Below are positions 9,549 to 16,392 of a stretch of DNA of 20,942 nucleotides, piece by piece. Positions within the stretch are counted from its first letter, which is position 1; each line of letters begins with the position of its first letter. A model generated the notes under the pieces. The model saw nothing but the letters and a program-made list of their open reading frames with translations, was not told the DNA's origin and did not search any database. The DNA lies in the IMG/VR virus record IMGVR_UViG_3300025585_000037. One strand, 5' to 3'. The stretch is from a virus. The position numbers were made by a program, and so were the translations under genes.

Positions 9549-9710
9549 ATGCCTAGAGGTAGACTCACGAAAGATGAGATTAAATGTGCCGTTCTCAAAC
9601 TCAAACATGAGTTGTATAATGAGAACGTCACCTGGACCTCGGACCCCAAGTCTCTAGCGCAGACGTATCTCAACCGAGTCTTAGATAAGATTGATGAGTT
9701 TGGGGGTTGA
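9549..9710 (+). CDS. Small hypothetical protein (53 aa)
   Basis: MPRGRLTKDEIKCAVLKLKHELY...YLNRVLDKIDEFGG. Preceded by late-promoter-like CTAAATA. Confidence 0.65.
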   Translation: MPRGRLTKDEIKCAVLKLKHELYNENVTWTSDPKSLAQTYLNRVLDKIDEFGG

Positions 9711-9736
9711 CAGGTCCGGGGTCCTTATGTTATGAT
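9707..9736 (+). promoter_or_regulatory. Sigma70-type psbA promoter
   Basis: TTGACA (9707-9712), 18-nt spacer, extended -10 TGtTATGAT (9728-9736). Overlaps a late-like ATAAATA. Confidence 0.7.
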
Positions 9737-9811
9737 AAATACATCAACGGGGTTAAGAAATGTAACAACTTCTAAGACCTTGTGACCGTGCTGAAAAGGG
9801 ACGCTAACTCC

Positions 9812-9875
9812 TTACCGAGACTAAGCACGTTAAATACGTCTCTCATACCTTCACTTGAGGGTAGTGAAGGAATAA
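9812..9875 (+). ncRNA. Structured psbA 5'-leader, probably PhotoRC-II-like cis-regulatory RNA
   Basis: GAGAC (9817-21)/GTCTC (9838-42) stem, then a perfect CCTTCACT (9848-55)/AGTGAAGG (9863-70) hairpin with TGAGGGT loop, upstream of a phage psbA. Family assignment is from recall. Confidence 0.55.
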
Positions 9876-9922
9876 CGCAAAGTCCAATCCCTATGGATAT
9901 TTCTTATTCTTTTAAAGCTTTT

Positions 9923-10104
9923 ATGACTGCTACAATTTCAACACGCCGTTCTGGCGCAAATGCCTGGGAACAATTCTGTAACTGGGTTACTTCAACCGAT
10001 AATCGTCTTTATGTGGGGTGGTTTGGAGTTCTTATGATTCCTTGCCTGCTTGTTGCTACTTCGGTTTTTATCATTGCATTTATTGCAAATCCCCCTGTAG
10101 ACAT
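9923..10104 (+). CDS. psbA: psbA exon 1
   Basis: [35 protein letters not shown]...PPVD; ends GAC AT. Confidence 0.93.
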
Positions 10105-13100
10105 TACGCTTTAATCGGTGTCCCTTACTCGTAAGAGTATTGACGAAACTGGGTGAATTGCTGGAAACCGAAAGGCAATCAGCAGCCAAGCCTTAGATAC
10201 ATCTAAGGAAGGTTCAGAGACTACCTGAGGAGTTGAGTCTCCTTAATAACAGGTTTAAGTGCCCAGCCCCTTCTATGAAGGGTGAAGATATAGTCCACAC
10301 ATCTACTGTTGACTTTTTTATTTCAAATGTTGTATAAATAATACAGTATTTGAGAACCAAATGTTAAACTTAACTGAAACTGATGTTGCTTGGATTGCTG
10401 GTATTTTAGAAGGTGAAGGATACTTTGGGATAGACAATCGTTCCAAAGACCGTTATGAAGTTTCTAAAACACCACCATCACCTTATATTAGAGTTTCTAT
10501 GGTAGATGAAGATATTATCCAAAGGTTAAGTAAACTTTTAGATAAGTCTTATTTCTTACCATCAAGAAAAACTGTAAAAGGTAAACAAGTTTATACACTT
10601 CACATCGGAGAAAAAGAAAAGGTCTTATTCATTCTACAAAAAATACTTCCTTATATGGGAGTAAGACGAGGAGAAAGAATAACCGAATGTATTTCTCATC
10701 TACAAACTTGGAAAGAGTGGGTAGAAAATGGTGGAAGAAGTGAAATGGCTAAGTTAGGTTATGAAGCAAGACTTGATGAGTATGGTACTTGCTCTGGTGG
10801 AAATCCAAATGGAATAAACCAGTTTACAAAATCTCAACAGAAACAACCTAAGTCAGAAGATATGGTTGTTTGTTAGATGATGCGATGGGATCAGAGAACC
10901 TGTTGCTGGGTCTCTAATGTACGGCAACAACATCTAGATGGTGTCACTTACGAGTAATCGTAAGAAGTAAATTGGGTGAATTGCTGGAAAGGGATAACCA
11001 CTCCAATCAGCAGCCAAGTCCCGAGTACACTTGGGAAAGGTTCAACGACTACCTGAGGAGTTCAGTCTCCTTAATAACAGGATTAAGCGCCCAACTCCTT
11101 TATGCTATAATTAGTATAAAGGATGAAGATATAGTCTAACTTCCATGATAACTTACTTAGCGATACGACTTTCTAACGGAGATTATTATTGGGGTTCAAC
11201 CTCAATGACCCTCAAAAAAAGGGAAAGATTTCATAGAAAGTTTAAAGGAAATGACCATTTTCATAACTCTCTTAAAAAGTATCCCAATGATTGGATATTT
11301 CTAGAAATATTCAATGAAGATACTGACAAAAGAGAAACTGAAAGAGAAATGCTTTCTATCCATTACGGTAGAAATGGTTGTTTAAATCTTTCTAATGAAC
11401 CTCAAGGTTGGGGAACTGGTAAAAATCATGCCAGAAATAAAAATCCTCAATATTGGGAGCATTTGAAAGGTGATAATCACCCAAGACGAAAAAATCCTGA
11501 AAAATGGAATAATTCTATTGGAGATAATCATTGGACTAAATCTGCAGATAAGGAATATCTTAAGCAATTTGCTAAGCATCTTCCGATATTATCGGGTGAT
11601 TCTAATCATATGAAGAATCCTGAAGTTGCTAAGAAAGTTTCTAAGTGGAGACAAGGAAAAAATATAGAACCTTGGATTGTTGCTGATGAAATCTATGAAA
11701 TATGGATTACATCTGGCAAACCCAAACCCACAGCTAAAGCGTGGGCAATGAAAACTAATTTTCCTCATTATTCACTTAGGTCTATGGTTGCTTCATTTTT
11801 AGAAGGTTGGATACCTTATGAAGATGAAGAATGGATTTCATGGAAGGCATCTCTGGTGCCGTAGTACCGAGTTCAAATGCTATTGGATTGCATCTCTATA
11901 ATCTTTGGGATGCTGCTTCTATTGATGAAGCACTTTATAATGGTTGGGCATATCAAGCAGTGGTATTTCACTTTTTGATTGGTGTTTGGTGCTATCTTGG
12001 TCGTGAGTGGGAACTCTCATTTAGACTCGGGATGCGTCCTTGGATTGCAGTTGCTTATAGTGCTCCTGCTATTGCTGCTACTGCTGTATTTCTAATTTAT
12101 CCTTTTGGACAAGGTTCGTTTTCAGATGGAATGCCTCTAGGTATTTCCGGTACTTTTAATTATATGCTTGTATTTTCTGCAGAGCATAATATTCTTATGA
12201 ATCCTCTGCATATGCTTGGAGTTGCTGGTGTTTTTGGAGGAAGTCTTTTCTCCGCAATGCATAGGGAACTGTGCCCTTGCTGAGTAATCAGTAAGTGAAA
12301 ATCGGGTGAACTGCTGGAAACCTAAGTTACTAAAATGTTACTTGACTTATATAAATAACTCTGGTAACATAAACTTTATGACCAACGATTACTTATCTTT
12401 TATTGAGGAATGTAAATCAAAAACATATCCTCCCAATACTTATCTTGAAGAACACCATATTGTCCCAAAACATGATGGTGGTCTTGATAATCCAGAAAAT
12501 CTTATTTCACTATCTTTTGAAGACCACATACTCGCACATAAAATAAGGTACGATGTATACAGTCAAGTATATGATTTAGCAGCATATAACTTGATGTGTG
12601 GTTTTGATAGTGAAGGTTGGAGACTTCTTAGAGTTGAAGGTGCTTATAAAACACACGAAGTACTAAGATTATCCAAGAAAAACTTTTGGAATTCTGATTA
12701 TCAAAAAGAGATGTCTGCTCGTTCTGTGAAGTCTGAATATGCTATGAAAATGAGAAGTATTGGTGGTAAAGTGGGAGGTAAAAATAGAAACAAAAATGTT
12801 GCTATTACTTCTACAGATAAGTACATTTTTTCTTTCAATAAGATTGAAACAATTTGTATAATAAATTGTGAAACTGGTGGTGAGGTTTTGGATGAACTAC
12901 AAAAAATAGTTCCAATCAAAAACTTCAAGAGAGTTACTCCTCTTTTAAAAGGTGAAAGAAAAACTGCTTATTATTGGTCTTGTAAAAAAGTTTAGTAATA
13001 TGGTAATCAGCATCCAAGTCTTGAGTACACTCAAGAAAGGTTCAGAGACTACCTGAGGGGTTTAGTCCCCTTAATAACAGGTTTAAGTGCCCGACAACCT

Positions 13101-14080
13101 AATAAAATAGGTTGATGATATAGTCCACACCTTATGAAAATAAGGAATAGAGGTGGGTTCCCTCGTAACCTCCTCACTGGTTCGTGAAACCACCGAAAAT
13201 GAATCCCAGAACTATGGATACAAGTTCGGTCAAGAAGAAGAGACCTATAACATCGTTGCCGCACATGGTTACTTTGGTCGTCTTATCTTCCAGTACGCAT
13301 CATTTAACAACTCTCGTTCACTGCACTTCTTCCTTGCTGCTTGGCCAGTAATTGGAATTTGGTGTGCTGCTATGGGAATTGCCGTTTCATCTTTCAATTT
13401 GAATGGTCTAAATTTTAATCAGAGTATTCTTGATTCTCAAGGTCGTGTAATTAAAACTTGGGCTGACTTATTGAATGGTGCTAATCTTGGTATGGAAGTG
13501 ATTTCTTAAATGTAGTCACCCTGGAATAGGAATATTCCTTGACAAACTGGGTTAAACGGGGAAACTCTCAAGTAGACAATCCCGTACCAATCCGAAGAGG
13601 ACATAGGTTCTTCGGCAGGTCTAACGACTAGGTAGTGAGTTCCAACAATAATCTACCCACGAATGCCCAGCATCCAGAACGGATGAAGAGATAGTCTGGT
13701 CTTACTGGCGACAGTAAGAAGTAAAGGATAAAGAACCTTTACGATAACAAAAACGGCATGAACGCAACGCCCATTATGAAAATGGTGGCTTCATCAAGTA
13801 ATTGATGAATGAAAATCGGATGAATTGCTGGAACCCCTCCAAAATATAAGGGCAATCAGCATCCAAGCCTCAAACGAACTTTTGAGGAAGGTTCAACGAC
13901 TAGGTGGTTTAGGAAGCGTCCTATGTAATACACCATTAGCGTCCGACAACCTAACAAGGTTGATGATATAGTCTTCTCCATAAGAATGGTAAACTTATGG
14001 GTTCAGAGAATTTTCCGCTAGATTTGGCCGCAGTAGATGCAACTCCTGTTGCTCTTATGACTGCCCCTACAATCGGTTGA
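9923..14080 (+). CDS. psbA: Photosystem II D1 protein, spliced: join(9923..10104,10883..10933,11848..12262,13156..13502,13756..13774,14009..14080), 361 aa
   Basis: Exons total 1086 nt and rejoin in frame: PPVD-I-DGIREP, YGNN-I-ISGA, SAMH-GSLV, MEV-M-HERNAH-NFPLDLA...PTIG*. Confidence 0.96.
10333..10340 (+). promoter_or_regulatory. T4-type late promoter for the intron-1 endonuclease
   Basis: Perfect TATAAATA 20 nt before ATG 10361. TTGACT at 10309-14 could also supply a -35. Confidence 0.7.
10361..10876 (+). CDS. Intron-encoded single-motif LAGLIDADG homing endonuclease
   Basis: [14 protein letters not shown] motif, [11 protein letters not shown], and L..ILPYM..RR. Confidence 0.88.
   Translation: MLNLTETDVAWIAGILEGEGYFGIDNRSKDRYEVSKTPPSPYIRVSMVDEDIIQRLSKLLDKSYFLPSRKTVKGKQVYTLHIGEKEKVLFILQKILPYMGVRRGERITECISHLQTWKEWVENGGRSEMAKLGYEARLDEYGTCSGGNPNGINQFTKSQQKQPKSEDMVVC
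10883..10933 (+). CDS. psbA: psbA exon 2 (51 nt)
   Basis: C GAT GGG ATC AGA GAA CCT...AAC AAC AT = [16 protein letters not shown]. Confidence 0.93.
10934..11847 (+). mobile_element. Group I intron 2 of psbA (914 nt) with GIY-YIG-like ORF
   Basis: P1 ACAU/GUGU; P10 AGAUG/CAUCU; core TGCTGGAAA, AATCAGCAG, TCAACGACTA and AAGATATAGTC; terminal G at 11847. Confidence 0.93.
11103..11111 (+). promoter_or_regulatory. Extended -10 promoter candidate inside the P8 hairpin of intron 2
   Basis: TGCTATAAT, 34 nt upstream of the endonuclease ATG. Confidence 0.5.
11145..11864 (+). CDS. Intron-encoded GIY-YIG-like homing endonuclease
   Basis: ITY-x9-YYWGST, conserved R..H, E and N of the GIY-YIG domain, then NUMOD-like G.NH repeats. 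Runs 17 nt into exon 3. Confidence 0.75.
   Translation: MITYLAIRLSNGDYYWGSTSMTLKKRERFHRKFKGNDHFHNSLKKYPNDWIFLEIFNEDTDKRETEREMLSIHYGRNGCLNLSNEPQGWGTGKNHARNKNPQYWEHLKGDNHPRRKNPEKWNNSIGDNHWTKSADKEYLKQFAKHLPILSGDSNHMKNPEVAKKVSKWRQGKNIEPWIVADEIYEIWITSGKPKPTAKAWAMKTNFPHYSLRSMVASFLEGWIPYEDEEWISWKASLVP
11848..12262 (+). CDS. psbA: psbA exon 3
   Basis: [15 protein letters not shown]...[15 protein letters not shown]...[13 protein letters not shown]...GSLFSAMH. Confidence 0.95.
12342..12370 (+). promoter_or_regulatory. Nested sigma70 and T4-late promoters for the intron-3 endonuclease
   Basis: TTGACT-17 nt-TAACAT with TATAAATA (12350-57) inside the spacer. Confidence 0.65.
12378..12995 (+). CDS. Intron-encoded HNH homing endonuclease
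   Basis: [34 protein letters not shown] 12378 preferred, since 12306 lies in the intron core. Confidence 0.88.
   Translation: MTNDYLSFIEECKSKTYPPNTYLEEHHIVPKHDGGLDNPENLISLSFEDHILAHKIRYDVYSQVYDLAAYNLMCGFDSEGWRLLRVEGAYKTHEVLRLSKKNFWNSDYQKEMSARSVKSEYAMKMRSIGGKVGGKNRNKNVAITSTDKYIFSFNKIETICIINCETGGEVLDELQKIVPIKNFKRVTPLLKGERKTAYYWSCKKV
13156..13502 (+). CDS. psbA: psbA exon 4
   Basis: [58 protein letters not shown]...NLGMEV; ends GTG AT. Confidence 0.95.
13503..13755 (+). mobile_element. Group I intron 4 of psbA (253 nt, no ORF)
   Basis: P1 GUGAU/GUCAC; P3 CTGGGT/GCCCAG; P4 ACGGG/CCCGT; R CTAACGACTA; S AAGAGATAGTC; terminal G at 13755. Confidence 0.92.
13756..13774 (+). CDS. psbA: psbA exon 5 (19-nt micro-exon)
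   Basis: G CAT GAA CGC AAC GCC CAT = (M)HERNAH. Confidence 0.92.
13775..14008 (+). mobile_element. Group I intron 5 of psbA (234 nt, no ORF)
   Basis: P1 CCAU/GUGG; P10 GAAAAU/AUUUUC; core TGCTGGAA, AATCAGCA, TCAACGACTA and GATATAGTC; terminal G at 14008. Confidence 0.92.
14009..14080 (+). CDS. psbA: psbA exon 6
   Basis: [23 protein letters not shown], with a 16-aa C-terminal extension after Ala344. Confidence 0.93.
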   Translation, partial: NFPLDLAAVDATPVALMTAPTIG

Positions 14081-14105
14081 TAACAACTGAATAACTGATA
14101 TAATT

Positions 14106-14130
14106 AGAGGGTGTAACAACCCTCTTTTTT
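14106..14130 (+). terminator. Rho-independent terminator after psbA
   Basis: AGAGGGT-gtaaca-ACCCTCT followed by TTTTT. Confidence 0.85.
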
Positions 14131-14253
14131 ATGTCTCATAACCCCCAACACGAACCAATGCCCAACTGGGTCATCTGGGCAGGAATAGGTCTAATGGGAT
14201 TCACAGTTCTTATCTTTGTTGCATTTACTCTGGGTCAAATCTACTGGGGATAA
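14131..14253 (+). CDS. 40-aa single-helix membrane protein
   Basis: MSHNPQHEPMPNWVIWAGIGLMGFTVLIFVAFTLGQIYWG. Confidence 0.55.
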   Translation: MSHNPQHEPMPNWVIWAGIGLMGFTVLIFVAFTLGQIYWG

Positions 14254-14257
14254 TAAG

Positions 14258-14332
14258 ATGCTATTCATTCTCTCTGTTTTCATAATCTTTGGACTCTTCC
14301 TTTTCATAATGTCTATTACACAAGATCTTTAA
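14258..14332 (+). CDS. Possible 24-aa hydrophobic peptide
   Basis: MLFILSVFIIFGLFLFIMSITQDL, starting 4 nt after the previous stop. Confidence 0.35.
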   Translation: MLFILSVFIIFGLFLFIMSITQDL

Positions 14333-14406
14333 TATCTTCAAATCATAACATTTTGCAGACAGTCAAAAATAACTTCTTATAATTACTAATGAGTTCTTAT
14401 ACTTAT

Positions 14407-15057
14407 ATGAAGATCTTTTTAGACACAGCAGATGTTTCACTTATTGGTTCAGCATACGACACAGGATTAATAGATGGAGTCACTACAAATCCCACTCTAA
14501 TCCTTAAAAGTGGTAGACAACTTCAAGAAGTTATTACAGAAATCTCAACAGCATTTCCAGAACTAAAAAGCATTTCGGCAGAAGTCGTTGCAGATACTGC
14601 AGAAGAAATGCAATCTCAAGCAAAAAACTATTATACAATTTCACCAGCAGTTACAATTAAGGTTCCTTGTACTGTTGAAGGACTCAAAGCATGTAAGTTT
14701 CTTTCGGATAAAGGAATTCAAACCAATGTAACTTTGGTGTTCTCAGTTGCACAGGCAATTCTAGCATCCAAAGCAGGAGCAACATTCATTTCTCCATTCG
14801 TAGGTCGTTGGATGGATAATTCTGTGGATGGCATTGAACTTATCAAGAACATTCGTAAGGCATTTGACTATTCTTATATTCCCACACAAATTCTTGCAGC
14901 ATCTCTTCGTGATGTAAGACAGGTAGAACAATCTTTTCTTGTCGGTGCTGATGTGGTTACAATTCCTCCTATTGTATTTTGGTCAATGTATAAGAATATT
15001 CTCACGGAAAAAGGTATTGAACAGTTCAATAAGGATTGGGCAGAAGTAACTAAATGA
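14407..15057 (+). CDS. talC: Transaldolase (TalC/FSA family)
   Basis: MKIFLDTAD, GVTTNPTL, TIKVPCT.EGL, TNVTLVFS..QA and ISPFVGR. Confidence 0.95.
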   Translation: MKIFLDTADVSLIGSAYDTGLIDGVTTNPTLILKSGRQLQEVITEISTAFPELKSISAEVVADTAEEMQSQAKNYYTISPAVTIKVPCTVEGLKACKFLSDKGIQTNVTLVFSVAQAILASKAGATFISPFVGRWMDNSVDGIELIKNIRKAFDYSYIPTQILAASLRDVRQVEQSFLVGADVVTIPPIVFWSMYKNILTEKGIEQFNKDWAEVTK

Positions 15058-16382
15058 AAAATATTATAATCTTCGGTGCAACAGGTGACCTCTGTCGTAG
15101 GAAACTCATCTCTGCACTGTATGAACTTCATAAGAAACAACTACTTCCAGATGATTATGTAATTACTGGAGCATCAAGAACGGCACATACAAAAGAGTCT
15201 TGGTTACAAACCTTGGGTTCTTATTCAGAAGACTTTATTCGTCGTTTGAATTATGTTCAATGTGACCTCTCGAATGCTGAAAGTTTGAAGAAACTGAATC
15301 CTGGTGAGGATGTAACCTTCTTTCTTTCAGTTCCACCTGAACGATATGGTGATGCGGTATTAAGTCTCAAATCCACTGGATATTTGGATGACCCTGAAAC
15401 AAGTCGGGTGATTATTGAAAAACCTTTTGGATATGATTTGACATCCGCAGAAGAACTACAGCAAATTGTTTCGGATAATCTTCGAGAGAAACAGGTTTAT
15501 CGTATTGACCATTATCTAGGAAAGGATACCGTCAATAATATTCTTGCAACTCGATTTAGTAATATTCTTCTTGAACCATTATGGAATCGTGATTATGTCG
15601 AAGAAGTTCAAATCTTTGCAACCGAAACAATTGGTTGTGAAGGTCGAGCACAGTATTATGAGACTGCTGGTGCTGTTCGTGATATGTTGCAGAATCATAT
15701 GTTGCAACTTCTAGCACTGATTGCAATGGAGGCACCTTGTAAGAATAATGCCAAAGAAATCCGCAGAGAAAAGGTTAAGGTTCTTTCTGCCGCACGACTA
15801 GGAACTAAACTGGTCTGTGGACAATATGATGAATATAAGAATGAAAAAGGAGTTGAACTGAATACACAAACTCCAACCTTTGTTGCTGGAGACATTTACA
15901 TTGATAACTGGAGATGGCAGGGAGTTCCATTTTACTTTATGACGGGAAAGAAACTTCCTGTGAGTTGTGTTGAGGTTGTCATCAAACTCAAATCACCTCC
16001 AGTTAGATTATTTGAAGGTCATTCTTATAATGACCGTATTGTAATGAGATTTCAACCTGACCCTCACTTTGATATTCAAATTGATATTAAGTCACCTGGT
16101 CTTGATGATAAAATTGAAACTGCAATTCTGAAGCACAACTATCCAGAAGGTGCTATTGACGGATACGTGAAATTGTTCTATGATGCCATTCACAAAGACC
16201 AATCTCACTTTGTTCATTCAGAGGAAGTATTAGAATCTTGGAGAATTGTGAATGACCTTCTTTGTGTGGGTAATTCCTGTCCAGTGAATACAAGACCTTA
16301 TACTTATTATTCTGGTTCTTGGGGTCCGGTGAATGAAGTTCAAAAAATTACTCAATGGGATTATCCCTTAAAACTCGTATAG
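15054..16382 (+). CDS. zwf: Glucose-6-phosphate 1-dehydrogenase
   Basis: FGATGDL, IEKPFG, YRIDHYLGK, RDMLQNH and NWRWQGVPFY. Confidence 0.96.
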   Translation: MKNIIIFGATGDLCRRKLISALYELHKKQLLPDDYVITGASRTAHTKESWLQTLGSYSEDFIRRLNYVQCDLSNAESLKKLNPGEDVTFFLSVPPERYGDAVLSLKSTGYLDDPETSRVIIEKPFGYDLTSAEELQQIVSDNLREKQVYRIDHYLGKDTVNNILATRFSNILLEPLWNRDYVEEVQIFATETIGCEGRAQYYETAGAVRDMLQNHMLQLLALIAMEAPCKNNAKEIRREKVKVLSAARLGTKLVCGQYDEYKNEKGVELNTQTPTFVAGDIYIDNWRWQGVPFYFMTGKKLPVSCVEVVIKLKSPPVRLFEGHSYNDRIVMRFQPDPHFDIQIDIKSPGLDDKIETAILKHNYPEGAIDGYVKLFYDAIHKDQSHFVHSEEVLESWRIVNDLLCVGNSCPVNTRPYTYYSGSWGPVNEVQKITQWDYPLKLV

Positions 16383-16392
16383 GAGAAAACGT

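Larger units (their letters stand above)
10105..10882 (+). mobile_element. Group I intron 1 of psbA (778 nt) with LAGLIDADG ORF
   Basis: P1 GACAU/GUGUC with U.G; P10 AUCG/CGAU; core TGCTGGAAA, AATCAGCAG, TCAGAGACTA and AAGATATAGTCC; terminal G at 10882. Confidence 0.93.
12263..13155 (+). mobile_element. Group I intron 3 of psbA (893 nt) with HNH ORF in the P5 region
   Basis: P1 GCAU/GUGC; P10 AGGGAACU/GGUUCCCU; P element at about 12312, Q at about 13005, R at about 13042, S at about 13116; terminal G at 13155. Confidence 0.93.

Noticed and set aside
12306-12377. N-terminal extension of the intron-3 HNH ORF from GTG 12306
   Set aside because: It overlaps the intron P3/P4 core and lies upstream of the internal promoters; ATG 12378 fits better.
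10209-13092. Repeated 56-nt segments as a CRISPR or dispersed repeat family
   Set aside because: They are conserved ribozyme core; spacing is irregular and there are no spacers or cas genes.
9782-13509. ORF-track psbA fragments (9782..10114, 11831..12283, 13153..13509) as pseudogenes or separate genes
   Set aside because: They are exons extended into leader or intron sequence; precise splicing restores one intact frame.
10105-14008. Inteins or group II introns
   Set aside because: The inserts contain in-frame stops, lack GUGYG/AY ends and reverse transcriptase, and show group I P1, P7, P10 and terminal G.
9923-14080. Rogue D1 or chlorophyll f synthase
   Set aside because: All Mn4CaO5 ligands, YZ/H190 and the Ala344 processing site are present.
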